A DNA stretch of 64,000 bases, from NCBI GenBank assembly GCA_963760795.1, contig CAVXEP010000009.1, positions 32,001 through 96,000 of the forward strand. Direction: 5' to 3'. The notes beneath the pieces were generated by a model. That model saw only the letters and a list, made by a program, of their open reading frames with translations. It ran no database searches and was not told the origin of the DNA. Source of the DNA: an uncultured delta proteobacterium (GTDB taxonomy: Bacteria > Desulfobacterota > Binatia > UBA9968). This document shows, piece by piece, positions 50,613-61,355 of this stretch. A program made the position numbers and the translations under genes. Numbering within the stretch: the first letter of the stretch is position 1; every line of letters begins with the position of its first letter.

Positions 50613-51392
50613 ATGATCAAAAATCTTCGGAACCAAGGTTTGCTGAAGATGACTTGTTGCGCGGCCCTGCTATTTCTCATGCCGGCATCCGCCCCGGCAG
50701 AGACCTCCGGTAAAATACCCCGCGACGTGATCGATTACACCGCCGCTCACGGCGGCGCCTTGGTGCTGGTGAGCTTGGCTGTGCCGTGGCAGCTGGAATC
50801 CCGCTTGAGCCAAGAGGACCTGCGCGCGCAGCGCACCGCCATCGCCTCGATACAAAACGACCTCCTGGACAAGCTCGCCGGCAAGAAATTCAAAGTCCTG
50901 CGCCAGTATCAGGAGATTCCCGGCATCGCTTTGGAAGTCGGCGCGGAGGCCTTGGCGGAACTGGCGCGACTGCCGATCGTCACCAGCGTTTTGCTCGACC
51001 GCCCCGCCGGCGCCGCGCTACCGCCGCAGTATCGCAATGCCTCGCCGCGCGCCAACGCGGCCGACCTGGCGAGCAGCGAAAAAGTGCCGTCCACTCTTTT
51101 CACCCGCGCGGCGATCGACGGCACGGTGCTCGTGCTGGCGGGCTTGCGCACACCCTGGCAGCATGAACAAGGACTGAGCGAAGAACTATGGGCGTTGCAA
51201 CGACACGCCATCCATAGCACGCAGAGTTACCTGCTCGCCGAGTTGGCTGGCACGCGTTATAAGGTCATGCGGCTCTACGGCAAGATTCCCGGCATCGCGC
51301 TGCGCGTCGGCGTCGACGCCTTGATCGTCTTGGAAAAATCCCCGGCGATCACCAATGTCGTTTTGGACCGTCCCGCTCAAGTGAGACGCTAG
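50613..51392 (+). CDS. Exported protein of two tandem peptidase-S8 propeptide (Inhibitor I9)-like domains, no protease domain
   Basis: Signal peptide; two approximately 95-aa repeats sharing LVL..L..PWQ.E..LS, Q..AI, LL..LAG..KV.R.Y..IPGIAL.VG..AL..L...P..T.V.LDRP. Confidence 0.65.
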   Translation: MIKNLRNQGLLKMTCCAALLFLMPASAPAETSGKIPRDVIDYTAAHGGALVLVSLAVPWQLESRLSQEDLRAQRTAIASIQNDLLDKLAGKKFKVLRQYQEIPGIALEVGAEALAELARLPIVTSVLLDRPAGAALPPQYRNASPRANAADLASSEKVPSTLFTRAAIDGTVLVLAGLRTPWQHEQGLSEELWALQRHAIHSTQSYLLAELAGTRYKVMRLYGKIPGIALRVGVDALIVLEKSPAITNVVLDRPAQVRR

Positions 51393-51461
51393 TCCACGCG
51401 CCTGAGCCACCCACGCCGGCGGAAAATTGCGCGCCAGCGATTTAGATGCTATTCCAGCTGC

Positions 51462-53072
51462 ATGTCCAAGTTCGCCGAATTCTCGACCCGCTATTTCAAA
51501 CAATACTTCGACCTCCATCCCACCGACGCCATCTATTACGGCATCGAAGGTTACGATCACCTGCTCAACGATTACTCGGACAAAAGCTACAAAGCCGAGA
51601 AAATTTTTGTCAAAGAGTCGCTGCGCAAGCTGCGCGAAATCTCCCCGGCCGAGTTGAGCGCCGATGAGGCCATCGACTACGCCCTGCTCGAAGGACGGCT
51701 CTCGATCCAGAGTTATGAGCAAGCCAAGGAAGACTATCGTCTCAAACAACCGGACACCTACTCGCCCACCGAGGCGATTTATATTCTCACCGTGCGGGCG
51801 ACCAACGACCTCGCCGGCAACTTGCTGAGCCGCCTCGATCGCACGCCGGCGCTGATCCAGCAGGGCATTACCAACCTAAACCGCAAAGACGCCAATCCGC
51901 CCAAGCTCTGGACCGAGAACGCCATCGAAGGCGCCAAAGGCGGCATCAGCTTTCTCGACAGCCTGGCTGAGCATCCGAAAGTGCAAGCCGCGGCCATCGA
52001 CGCGAACACGCTCACTGCCGCCATCGAAAAGGCCAAGAGCGCGATCAATGATTTCGCCAACTTTCTCCAACGCCATCTGCTGCCGCGCAGCAACGCCAGC
52101 TACGCCGTCGGCGAAGAGCACTTCAATTTACTCTTGAAGAAGAAACACTTCCTCGACCACGACGCGCACAGCCTGCTCGCTTCAGGCGAGAGTCTCTTCG
52201 CCAAGACCAAGCTCGAGCTCGAAGCCTTGGCCGATGAGCTGGCGCCGGGCAAAGGCGTCGAAGCGGTAGCAAGAGCGATCCAGGAGAACCATCCGTCGAG
52301 CGAACAAATATTGTCGGTCTACGACCAGGCCATGAGCGCGGCGCGGGAATTCGTCCGCGCTAAGAAGCTGGTCAGCTTTCCCGCCAAGGAAGAGCTCCAC
52401 GTCGTCCACACGCCGGTGTTTCGCCGCCACGAGATTCCCTTCGCCGCTTATCTTTCGCCGTCGCCCAAAGATCCCAATCAGGTGGGCTATTATTATGTCA
52501 CGCCAGTGGCGAGCGACGATCTGCTGCGCGAGCACAACTACGTCGGCCTCGAAAACACCTCGGTGCACGAAAGCTATCCGGGACATCACCTGCAATTTTC
52601 CATCGCCAACTGCACGCCCGCCGCCGCGACTTTGCCGCGGCTGATGAACGAGTCGTCGGTGTTTTACGAAGGCTGGGCGCTCTACTGCGAGCAGCTGATG
52701 CAAGAGCAAGGTTTTCTGAAATCGCCGGAGCACCGCTTCGTCATGCTCAAAGACCGCCTCTGGCGTGCTTTGCGAATCATCATCGACGTCAAAACCCAGA
52801 CCGGCAAGCTCAGCTACGACGAAGCGGCGGACTTAATGGTGCGCGAACTGCACTTCCCGCGCGAACAAGCCTGCGGCGATTTGAACTGGTACAGCCAGTC
52901 GCCGTCCGTGCCGATGGGCTACGCATTGGGCTGGTCGATCATCAACCGCCTGCGCGATCAAGAACAAAAACGCTTGGGCGGCAAATTCAACCTATGCGAA
53001 TTCCACGACAAACTGTTGAGCAGCGGCAGTATCTCTTTGCCTCTAGTAGAAAAACGACATTTCATCCGATGA
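51462..53072 (+). CDS. DUF885 family protein (putative metallopeptidase)
   Basis: HESYPGHHLQ, FYEGWALYCE, LWRALRIIID, Y..SP..PMGY.LG, FHD.LL..G. Confidence 0.85.
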   Translation: MSKFAEFSTRYFKQYFDLHPTDAIYYGIEGYDHLLNDYSDKSYKAEKIFVKESLRKLREISPAELSADEAIDYALLEGRLSIQSYEQAKEDYRLKQPDTYSPTEAIYILTVRATNDLAGNLLSRLDRTPALIQQGITNLNRKDANPPKLWTENAIEGAKGGISFLDSLAEHPKVQAAAIDANTLTAAIEKAKSAINDFANFLQRHLLPRSNASYAVGEEHFNLLLKKKHFLDHDAHSLLASGESLFAKTKLELEALADELAPGKGVEAVARAIQENHPSSEQILSVYDQAMSAAREFVRAKKLVSFPAKEELHVVHTPVFRRHEIPFAAYLSPSPKDPNQVGYYYVTPVASDDLLREHNYVGLENTSVHESYPGHHLQFSIANCTPAAATLPRLMNESSVFYEGWALYCEQLMQEQGFLKSPEHRFVMLKDRLWRALRIIIDVKTQTGKLSYDEAADLMVRELHFPREQACGDLNWYSQSPSVPMGYALGWSIINRLRDQEQKRLGGKFNLCEFHDKLLSSGSISLPLVEKRHFIR

Positions 53073-53083
53073 TCGAGACCGCC

Positions 53084-53168
53084 TGGAACCGTTGGAACAA
53101 TTGGAACGGCTGGAACGGGGCCGCGTCGCAGATTCGTTCCAAAGGTTCCATTCGTTCCAGGAGTTCCA
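53084..53168. repeat. TGGAAC / GTTCCA 9-bp unit arrays in inverted arrangement
   Basis: ctggaaccgttggaacaattggaacggctggaacg ... cgttccaaaggttccattcgttccaggagttcca. Confidence 0.6.
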
Positions 53169-54059
53169 ATGGTAACAAAGACTAAAGAAAAACCACGCGG
53201 CCCGCTACTCGGCGCCCACATGTCCATCGCCGGCGGCGTCGGCAACGCCTTTCTCGAAGGCCAAAAAGTTGCCTGCGAGGCGATTCAGATTTTCACCAAG
53301 TCGTCGCGCCAGTGGGCGTCAAAACCGTTGAGCAAGGACGAAATCGCCCAGTTCCATGCCAACCGCAAAGAAACCGGCATCGCGTCGGTGGTCGCCCACG
53401 ATTCCTATTTGCTCAATCTCGGCTCCCCCGACCCGGCCTTGCGCATGCGTTCCGTCGCCGCGTTCATCGACGAAATGGAACGCTGCGAAGTTCTCGGCGT
53501 GTCGCACTTGATCGCCCACCCCGGCGCCCATGTCGGCGCCGGTGAAGTCGAAGGGATCAAGACAATTGCCAAGTCGTTGGACGAAGTTCACCAGGCCTGC
53601 CCTGGCTTCGAGGTCAAGATCACTCTGGAAATCACCGCCGGCCAGGGTTCCAACCTGGGCTATCGCTTCGAGCAGATCGGCGACATGATGGATGCAACGA
53701 AAGAGAACGAACGGCTGCGCGTTTGTTTCGATACGGAACATGCCTTCGCCGCCGGTTACGACATTCGCACGAAAGAAGGTTACGAGCGGACGTTTGCCGA
53801 GTTCGATAAAACCATCGGCATCAAGCTGCTAGCGGCGTTTCATTTGAACGACTCGAAAAAAGAATTCCACTCCCGAGTCGACCGCCACGAACATATCGGC
53901 CAAGGCTTCATCGGCGTCGAAGCCTTTCGGCTTTTAATGAACGACCAACGCTTCTGGGGCCTGCCCATGTGCTTGGAAACGCCGAAGGGACCGGATCTAA
54001 AAGAAGACCGCGAGAATCTGACACTGCTGCGCAGTCTTGATCGCAAGGGTAAGTCTTAA
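53169..54059 (+). CDS. nfo: Endonuclease IV (AP endonuclease)
   Basis: LGAHMSIAGG, QIFTK, HDSYLLNL, HPG, LEITAGQG, CFDTEH, HLNDSK, DRHEHIG.G, LETP. Confidence 0.95.
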   Translation: MVTKTKEKPRGPLLGAHMSIAGGVGNAFLEGQKVACEAIQIFTKSSRQWASKPLSKDEIAQFHANRKETGIASVVAHDSYLLNLGSPDPALRMRSVAAFIDEMERCEVLGVSHLIAHPGAHVGAGEVEGIKTIAKSLDEVHQACPGFEVKITLEITAGQGSNLGYRFEQIGDMMDATKENERLRVCFDTEHAFAAGYDIRTKEGYERTFAEFDKTIGIKLLAAFHLNDSKKEFHSRVDRHEHIGQGFIGVEAFRLLMNDQRFWGLPMCLETPKGPDLKEDRENLTLLRSLDRKGKS

Positions 54060-54100
54060 CCCTCGCCCATTCCGATGGGAGAGGGAAGGGTGAGGGCGAG

Positions 54101-54830
54101 TCAACGCCGGAATCGAAATCCCCGGGAAGAACCACTGCACGGCGAGACCGATCAGATAACCCAAGCCCCCGGCGCTCACCGCGACCCCAAAGAATTTACT
54201 CCCAGAAACCAGCATGGACTGGCCGGCGAGATGGCCCTTGAACGCTCCGACGCCAAACAGAGTCACTGCGCTCAAGAAAACCGACAGGTAGAGCGCCGCG
54301 CTCCCGCCCATCGCGATAAACGGCACGATCGGGATGATCGCGCCGACGATGAACGAGAGTCCCATCACGAGTGCCGCCTTAAACGGCTGATTGATTTCCG
54401 CGCTGCCCAGACCGAAAACTTTTTCTTGAAAGGTGCGCATGAAAACGTTGCGTTCGGCGAGCAGCACTTTCACCATGCGGTAGCTCTGTTCCTTGCTCAG
54501 CCCTTCCTCGCCCAAGGCTTTTAGCAATCCCTCCGCCGCGATGTAGGGTTCGCGCTCGGCGAGCTTTTCCGCGTCGACCAGCTCCTTGTCGAATATGTCT
54601 TTTTGCGCGCCGGAGGAAAGATAGGAACCGGTGGCCATGGAGATCGCACCGGAAAACATCGCGGTGAAGCCGGTGACGATGACCACGAGATCGCTTTCGG
54701 TCGCGCTTTGGATGCCGGCGAGCAGACCGACGGTGCTGATCAGGCCGTCCTGGATGCCGAAGACAAACTCGCGAATGCGCGCGCGGCTTTCGATGACCTG
54801 CTTTTTTTGCTGAATGGCGTCGAGAGACAT
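54101..54830 (-). CDS. VIT1/CCC1 family Fe/Mn transporter (3' end uncertain)
   Basis: IREFVFGIQDGLIS, SGAISMATGSYLS, SFIVGAIIPIVPF; the ORF as called reads on through a REP into nfo, so the true stop is probably near 54101. Confidence 0.85.
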
Positions 54831-54958
54831 TGGAATAAATCAAGTTAGACGACAGCGCAAAATGAAAAATGCAAACTGTCAGACATGAGAGGCGAGGTCG
54901 CGCTTCTTCAAGTTTTACCTTTTGCACTTTGCACTCTTCAATTTTGCATTGCATGAAT

Positions 54959-55492
54959 TCAGTATTTCAGCGCCAAATCCCCGGTCGCGTCGCCGGGTTT
55001 CCACTCGGAGGGGCAAAGCCGCTCGGTGCGGAGCGCCCGCAATACGCGCAACGTTTCTTCCACGCTGCGCCCGACATTGACATGGCTGACCACTTGATAG
55101 CTGATGACACCGGCCGGGTTGATGATAAACGTTGCGCGCAAGGCCACGCCGGCTTTTTCATCGAGCACGCCGTAAGCGCTGCTCAACGTCTTCGTTTCAT
55201 CGCTTAGCAGAGGCGAGTCCAAACCGCCCAACTCTGCGGACCACGACTTATGGCTGTCGATGGAATCGACACTCACGCCCCATACCAAGGCATTTTCCGC
55301 GGCGAAGTCTTTCACGGCTTTGCTGAAACCGGTGACTTCGGTCGGACAGATAAACGTAAAGTCGGCCGGATAGAAAAACAGCACGAGCCATTTGCCTTTG
55401 CTGGCAGTGAGAGAATACTCGCTGACCTGGTCGCGCAGGATCCCTTTGACTTTGAAATCCGGCGCCTGATCGCCGATGCGCAACAGATTCAT
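54959..55492 (-). CDS. ahpC: Typical 2-Cys peroxiredoxin (AhpC/Prx1)
   Basis: FFYPADFTFICPTE, GVSVDS..SH..W, RATFIINP, GRSVEE.LR, CP..W.PG. Confidence 0.88.
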   Translation of the reverse strand: MNLLRIGDQAPDFKVKGILRDQVSEYSLTASKGKWLVLFFYPADFTFICPTEVTGFSKAVKDFAAENALVWGVSVDSIDSHKSWSAELGGLDSPLLSDETKTLSSAYGVLDEKAGVALRATFIINPAGVISYQVVSHVNVGRSVEETLRVLRALRTERLCPSEWKPGDATGDLALKY

Positions 55493-55570
55493 AACAACTC
55501 CAAACGGACTTAACCGGTTCTGCGGTCTGCTTAGTTTTTACTTTTGCCTTTTTACTTTTCTCTTGCGATC

Positions 55571-56254
55571 TCAAGGTATGGTCTGCCACAGCGAAAACCC
55601 ATCCTTGGCATTGGCCGGCGCCGCCGCGATGAACCAGGCCTCTTCATCGCTACCGGCTCTGAGCAGGCCAAAAAAATAGATCCGCAACATCTGCTCGATC
55701 AGTTGCGGAAACGGCAGATCGCGCTTAGGCTGGTACCAGGTGTATATCCAGTTCATCATGCCAAACAGCGAGAACGTCGCCAGCCGCAGGTCCATCCCCC
55801 TGCCGCCATTCTGCTTTTGCAGCTCGCCGAGCAAATCCATGATCACTTTGACATAGCGGCGCTTGAGCACGAGGATCTTGACGTCGAACTCGCCGGTCAG
55901 CGATTCGTCCTCATGGGCCATGACTTTCATCTCCGGCATGTTGTGCAGAAAAAAGCCCAGATGATTTTCGGCGAAAGCGCGTATCCGCCCGCGCACGTCC
56001 GAGCCCGGCCTGTCGATCTGTTCCCAATGTTCGAGCAAGGTCACGAAGCAGCGTTCTTGTATCAGATAGAGCAGCTCTTCCTTGGTCGTGAAGTAATAGT
56101 ACAGGCCCGACAAACTCATCTTGGTAGCGCGCGAAATATCGCGCACCGAAGTGTGATGAAAGCCTTTCTCGGCGAAAATCTTCGCCGCGCTCTTGAGAAT
56201 CAATTGCAGCTTTTCGTCGTAATGACGGGTTGCGGGTTCGGCGCGGCTGGACAT
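55571..56254 (-). CDS. TetR-family regulator (KstR2/PaaR-like), divergent from the CoA-ester operon
   Basis: ILKSAAKIFAEKGFHHTSVRDI..SGLYYYFTTKEELL; FGMMNWIYTWY. Confidence 0.88.
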   Translation of the reverse strand: MSSRAEPATRHYDEKLQLILKSAAKIFAEKGFHHTSVRDISRATKMSLSGLYYYFTTKEELLYLIQERCFVTLLEHWEQIDRPGSDVRGRIRAFAENHLGFFLHNMPEMKVMAHEDESLTGEFDVKILVLKRRYVKVIMDLLGELQKQNGGRGMDLRLATFSLFGMMNWIYTWYQPKRDLPFPQLIEQMLRIYFFGLLRAGSDEEAWFIAAAPANAKDGFSLWQTIP

Positions 56255-56775
56255 GGCTGCACGAATACTTGCAAATCGATTCCGGGCTGTCAAATGACAG
56301 CGATCTGAAGCGCAGCACAGCCGCAATCGAAGAGAAACATGGCCGCAAAGAACGCAAAGGGCGCAAAAACAGAAAAGGGATTCGTGAGGGCGGCTTTGAG
56401 ACCTGCCCTCTGGGAGTTGGCGCATCGGAAAATTTGCGCAAGCTGCGCAAACCTTGAACTACGAAGATCACGAAGTTCGGAATGTTTGTTTTTTGCAACC
56501 TTCGTGTCGTGCGTGAACTCCTGCGAAAATACCGGGCATGGGTTTGTCGGATGTGGTGACCAAAGGGAATCGTCATCGTTGGTAAGTCGCATTCGTTCGA
56601 TGCGGTTCGAGGACTCACCACATCCTACGGGTTTCGCCATTTATGATTTTCCGTAGGTGTGAGTAAGCACATGAAACATTTCGTGGTGAAAAGGGTTTCT
56701 CTCAGTGGCTCACGCCCGGCGGAGCTTTTCTTGAATCGCCACCTACCATGGTGTATGTCTTTAGAGTCAAACAAC

Positions 56776-57549
56776 ATGAATTACGAAAACGTTATCGTCG
56801 CCAGAGACGGCGCCATCGCCGTGGTTACTTTGAACCGTCCGCAAGCTCTCAATGCGCTGTCCTACGGCCTGGTCAAAGATCTTTCTCTGGCCATGCAGGA
56901 GCTCGACCAGGACGCCGAAGTGCGCGTCATCGTCGTCACCGGCGGTGACAAAGTCTTCGCCGCCGGCGCCGACATCAAGGAAATGGCCGACAAGGGTCCC
57001 TTCGACGCCATGGTTCAAGAGCGCCTCGCCTACCGCGATAAGATCAATAAGATCGCCAAGCCGGTGATCGCCGCGGTGATCGGCTTTGCCCTGGGCGGCG
57101 GCTGCGAGTTGGCGATGAGCTGCGACATCATCGTCGCCGCTGAGAACGCCCGCTTCGGCCAGCCGGAAGTCAATCTGGGAATCATTCCCGGCAGCGGCGG
57201 CACCCAACGGCTGACGCACTTGTTGGGCAAGCATCGCGCCATGGAGCTGGTGCTCACCGGCGATATGCTCAATGCCACCGACGCCGAGCGGATTGGCCTG
57301 GTCAACCGCGTGGTTCCCGCCGAACTCTGTCTCGAAGAAGCGCTGAACATCGCCAAGAAGATCGCCGCGAAACCCCAGCTGGCGGTCAAAGCCGCCAAAG
57401 AAGCGGTGCTGAAATCGGCCAACACCGGCCTCGACGAAGGCTTGGAGTTCGAGCGCAAGGCATTTTATCTATTGTTCGCCTCGGCAGACCGCAGCGAAGG
57501 CATGAAGGCGTTTCTCGAAAAGCGCAAAGCGGAATTCATAGGTAAGTAA
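56776..57549 (+). CDS. paaF: Enoyl-CoA hydratase (PaaF-like)
   Basis: LNRPQALNAL, FAAGADIKEM, ALGGGCELAM, FGQPE..LG..PG.GGTQRL (both catalytic Glu). Confidence 0.8.
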   Translation: MNYENVIVARDGAIAVVTLNRPQALNALSYGLVKDLSLAMQELDQDAEVRVIVVTGGDKVFAAGADIKEMADKGPFDAMVQERLAYRDKINKIAKPVIAAVIGFALGGGCELAMSCDIIVAAENARFGQPEVNLGIIPGSGGTQRLTHLLGKHRAMELVLTGDMLNATDAERIGLVNRVVPAELCLEEALNIAKKIAAKPQLAVKAAKEAVLKSANTGLDEGLEFERKAFYLLFASADRSEGMKAFLEKRKAEFIGK

Positions 57550-57555
57550 ATCACC

Positions 57556-58335
57556 GTGGCCCACGAAACGATCATTTACGAGAAGCAGAACGGCGTGGCG
57601 ACCATCACGCTCAACCGGCCCCAGGCGCTCAACGCTTTCGTGCCGCAGATGAACAAAGAAGTGCTCGAAGCGCTGCGCGACGGCGAACGGGACAAGGAAG
57701 TTCGCTGCTTCATGATCACCGGCGCGGGCCGGGCCTTTTGTGCCGGCCAGGATTTAAAAGGTCGCACGCCCGAGCAAAAAGGTTCGTTGGGCGCGTCGTT
57801 GCGGGAAAAGTACAATCCGATGATCCGGCAGATTCGCGGCATGGAGAAGATCGTCATCGCCGCGGTCAACGGCGTTGCCGCCGGCGCCGGCTGCAACTTC
57901 GCCTTGGCCTGCGATCTGCGCGTCGCCTCGGAGGAAGCCAAGTTCATTCAATCCTTCGTGCGCGTCGGCCTGGCGCCCGACTCCGGCGGCAGTTTTATCC
58001 TGACCCGGCTGGTCGGACTGAGCAAAGCGATGGAATTATTATTATTGGGCGACACCGTTGACGCCAAGGAAGCCCAGCGCATCGGCCTGGTGGCGCGGGT
58101 CTTTCCAGCCGCGGAATTCGCAGCGTCGGCACGAGCGATTGCCGAACAGGTAGCCAAAGCGCCGCGCGGCATCGGCCTGATCAAACGCGCGGTCAATCAT
58201 GCCAATTTACCGAACGTCGAAGCCGACCTCGAATACGAAGCAAATTTACAGGAAATCGCCGGCCGCAGCAGCGACTATGACGAAGGCGTGAAAGCGTTCT
58301 TGGAAAAACGCACGCCGGTGTTTACCGGCAAATAA
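57556..58335 (+). CDS. paaG: Enoyl-CoA hydratase/isomerase (PaaG-like)
   Basis: GAGRAFCAGQDL, YNP, VNGVAAGAG, FIQSFVRVGLAPDSGG (PaaG-type Asp). Confidence 0.78.
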   Translation: MAHETIIYEKQNGVATITLNRPQALNAFVPQMNKEVLEALRDGERDKEVRCFMITGAGRAFCAGQDLKGRTPEQKGSLGASLREKYNPMIRQIRGMEKIVIAAVNGVAAGAGCNFALACDLRVASEEAKFIQSFVRVGLAPDSGGSFILTRLVGLSKAMELLLLGDTVDAKEAQRIGLVARVFPAAEFAASARAIAEQVAKAPRGIGLIKRAVNHANLPNVEADLEYEANLQEIAGRSSDYDEGVKAFLEKRTPVFTGK

Positions 58336-58407
58336 TGAATCGTTTCGAGTTCCGTGTTTTGAGTTAGAACCCGAAACCCTAGACTGGCAACACGAAACAA
58401 GAAACAC

Positions 58408-59274
58408 ATGGCTAACTCAACTGAAAAAATCGCCGTACTAGGCGCCGGCACCATGGGCGCGGGCATCGCCCAGGTCGCCGCCCAAGCCGGCTTCCAAACT
58501 CTCCTCTACGATATCAAGCAAGAGTTCATCGACGTGGGCATGGGGAAAATCAAAAGTTTTCTCCAAGGCAGCCGCGAGCGCGGCAAGATCAGCGCAGAGC
58601 AAGAAGAAGAAAGTCTCGACCGTTTTCACACCAGCACCAGCCTCGACGATACCAAGGGGAGCGCGCTGGTGATCGAGGCGGCACCGGAAAAGCTCGAACT
58701 CAAGCGCGACATCTTCAAGCAGTTGGACGCCATCTGCGGCGCGGAGACTTTGCTGGCGACCAATACTTCATCGTTCAACGTCACCGCCATCGCCGCCGCG
58801 ACACAGCACCAGGAGCGCGTGCTCGGACTGCATTTTTTCAATCCGCCGCCGCTCATGGCCTTGGTCGAAGTCATCCAGGGCGACCGCACCAGTGACGAGA
58901 GCATTGAGAAAGCCACCGCGCTCATGAAAGCGATGGGTAAAACGCCGGCGCGCGCCAAGGACACGCCGGGTTTCATCGTCAACCGGGTCGCCCGGCCATT
59001 TTACAACGAAGGGTTGCGCGTGCTCGGCGACGGCAACGCTTCGGTGGAAACCATCGACCGCATCATGAAAGAAGCCGGCAACTTTCGCATGGGGCCGTTC
59101 GAGCTGATGGACTTGATCGGCAACGACATCAACTTCGCCGCCACCGAATCGCTCTATCGCTCGTTCTTCGAAGATCCGCGCTTTCGCCCGAGCCCGATCC
59201 AGCAGCGCATGGTCGCCGGCGGCAATCTCGGGCGCAAGACCGGACGAGGGTTTTACAGCTATGACAAAAAGTAG
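58408..59274 (+). CDS. paaH: 3-hydroxyacyl-CoA dehydrogenase (PaaH N-terminal half-like)
   Basis: [49 protein letters not shown]. Confidence 0.8.
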   Translation: MANSTEKIAVLGAGTMGAGIAQVAAQAGFQTLLYDIKQEFIDVGMGKIKSFLQGSRERGKISAEQEEESLDRFHTSTSLDDTKGSALVIEAAPEKLELKRDIFKQLDAICGAETLLATNTSSFNVTAIAAATQHQERVLGLHFFNPPPLMALVEVIQGDRTSDESIEKATALMKAMGKTPARAKDTPGFIVNRVARPFYNEGLRVLGDGNASVETIDRIMKEAGNFRMGPFELMDLIGNDINFAATESLYRSFFEDPRFRPSPIQQRMVAGGNLGRKTGRGFYSYDKK

Positions 59275-60008
59275 TCTCGCGGTCATCGGCAGAGGCCGAT
59301 TGGCCGATGAATTAGTCGCCTTGGGACGGGAGAAAGGGTTCGACGTCGCGCAGTTGCACGACGCCACCGCGATCGCGCCGACCAGCCAATTCGTCATCGA
59401 TACCGAGAACGGCAGCGAAGACAAAAAGCGCGCGGTCTTGCAGCGCCTCGACGCCTCGCTCCCGGCGCCGGGGATCATTGTCAGCTCCTGCCTGCGTTTT
59501 TCGCACGACCTTGATGGCTTCATGGATAAAAAAACCCGAGCGGGTCGTCGGCTTCGCGACATTCTATCCGTTGAAGGATCGCAAATTGGTCGAGCTCGGC
59601 GCCGGCTTGCGCACGTTAGATAAGTCGGTGGAGCAGACCGAGCAGCTGTTCAAAAACCTCGGCAAAGACGCCGTGCGCGTCAAGGATACCGCCGGACTGA
59701 CCTTTCCGCGGATTTTGAGTTTGATCGTCAACGAAGCGGCGCGTAGCTTGGACGAAGGCGTCGCCAGCGCCGAAGAGATCGACATCGCCATGCGTCTGGG
59801 CGTGAACTATCCCCAGGGGCCGCTGCGCTGGGCCGATCAGATCGGCCTCGACGATGTTCTCGCTGTCCTCGAAGGACTGCAACGGGAAACCGGCGACGAC
59901 CGTTACCGGCCGGCGACGCTGCTCAAGAAACTCGTCACCGCCGGTTATCTCGGCGAAACCAGCGGCAGAGGATTTTATTCGCATAACGAAGGTCAGGTGA
60001 AATCATGA
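59261..60008 (+). CDS. 3-hydroxyacyl-CoA dehydrogenase C-terminal-type subunit (non-catalytic); frameshift near 59500
   Basis: [42 protein letters not shown]; degenerate Rossmann loop and no HFFNP. Confidence 0.75.
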
Positions 60009-61208
60009 GAGAAGCCGTCATCGTCGAAGCAGTGCGCACGCCCATGGGCCGCCATAGCGGCATTTTCAAAGACATTCGCACCGACGATCTCGCCGCCTAC
60101 ATCATCGGCAAGATGGTCGAAAAGACCGGCATCAATAAAGACGAGATCGAAGACGTCTACTTCGGCTGCACCAATCAGGCCGGCGAAGATTCGCGCAACG
60201 TCGCGCGCAACGCTTCCCTGCTCGCCGGTCTGCCCTACACGGTTCCCGGCGCAACGGTCAATCGCCTGTGCGGCTCCGGCCTCGAAGCGATCAATCAGGC
60301 GGGCCGCGCGGTGGAAACCGATCACGGCGACCTGTTCGTCGCCGGCGGCGTCGAAAGCATGACCCGCGGCCCCTGGGTCATGGGCAAACCGGCCAATCCG
60401 TTTCAGCGCGGCGATATTCACATGTACGACAGCTCCCTCGGCTGGCGTTTTCCCAACCAGCGCATGGGCGAACTCTATTCGCTGATCAATAATGGCGAGA
60501 CCGCCGAGAATGTCGCCGAGAAACATAACATCAACCGTGAAGATCAAGACAAGCTCGCGCTGGCGAGCCATCAGAAAGCGTTGCAGGCGCAAAAAGACGG
60601 CCGGCTCAAAGACGAAATCATCCCCTTCGAAATTCCCCAGCGCAAAGGCGCGCCGCTGGTGCATGACAAAGATGAAGGGCCGCGGTCCGACACGACATTG
60701 GAAATCCTCGCCGAGCTTGCAACCGGCTTTCAAAAAGGGCGGCAGCGTCACGGCCGGGAATTCCTCGCCGCTTTCCGACGGCGCCGCGGCGCTGCTGATC
60801 ACGACACCGCAAAAAGCCGAACAGTTGAAACTCAAACCGCTGGCGCGCATCGTCGCCTCGGCCGCCGCCGGAGTGCATCCGAACTACATGGGCATCGGGC
60901 CGATTCCGGCGACGCAGAAAGCCTTGAAGCGCGCCGGTCTGACCATCGATCAGATCGATCTCGTCGAGTTGAACGAGGCCTTTGCCTCCCAGGTCTTGGC
61001 TTGCTGCCGCGAGTTGGGCATCGATTTGAACCGGCTCAACGTCAACGGCGGCGCCATCGCCCTGGGCCATCCGCTCGGCTGCAGCGGCGCGCGCATGATG
61101 ACGACCCTAGTGCATGAAATGAAAAAACGCGGCAGCCGTTACGGCCTGGCGACCATGTGCATCGGCGTCGGCCAGGGCATCGCCACCATCGTCGAACGAG
61201 TGAATTGA
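60005..61208 (+). CDS. paaJ: 3-oxoadipyl-CoA / beta-ketoacyl-CoA thiolase (PaaJ/PcaF-like); frameshift near 60720
   Basis: [58 protein letters not shown]. Confidence 0.8.
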
Positions 61209-61355
61209 GCTTAACAGCGCGCTACTCACGTCTTGCCGCCAGCCGGGCGCGCCTACGGTTATCTTCCAGCGCCGCGATGTCAATCCACGCCTCCTGCTTG
61301 GCGGCGAAGTTTTTAATCAGCCGACGCACCCTGCTGGCCCGCCCACGCCGGCGCC

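Noticed and set aside
441-61208. Frameshifts in about 17 genes as programmed frameshifting or mass pseudogenisation
   Set aside because: Scattered single-base indels in otherwise intact genes, with no shared slippery motif and almost no in-frame stops, fit long-read consensus error; needs read-level confirmation.
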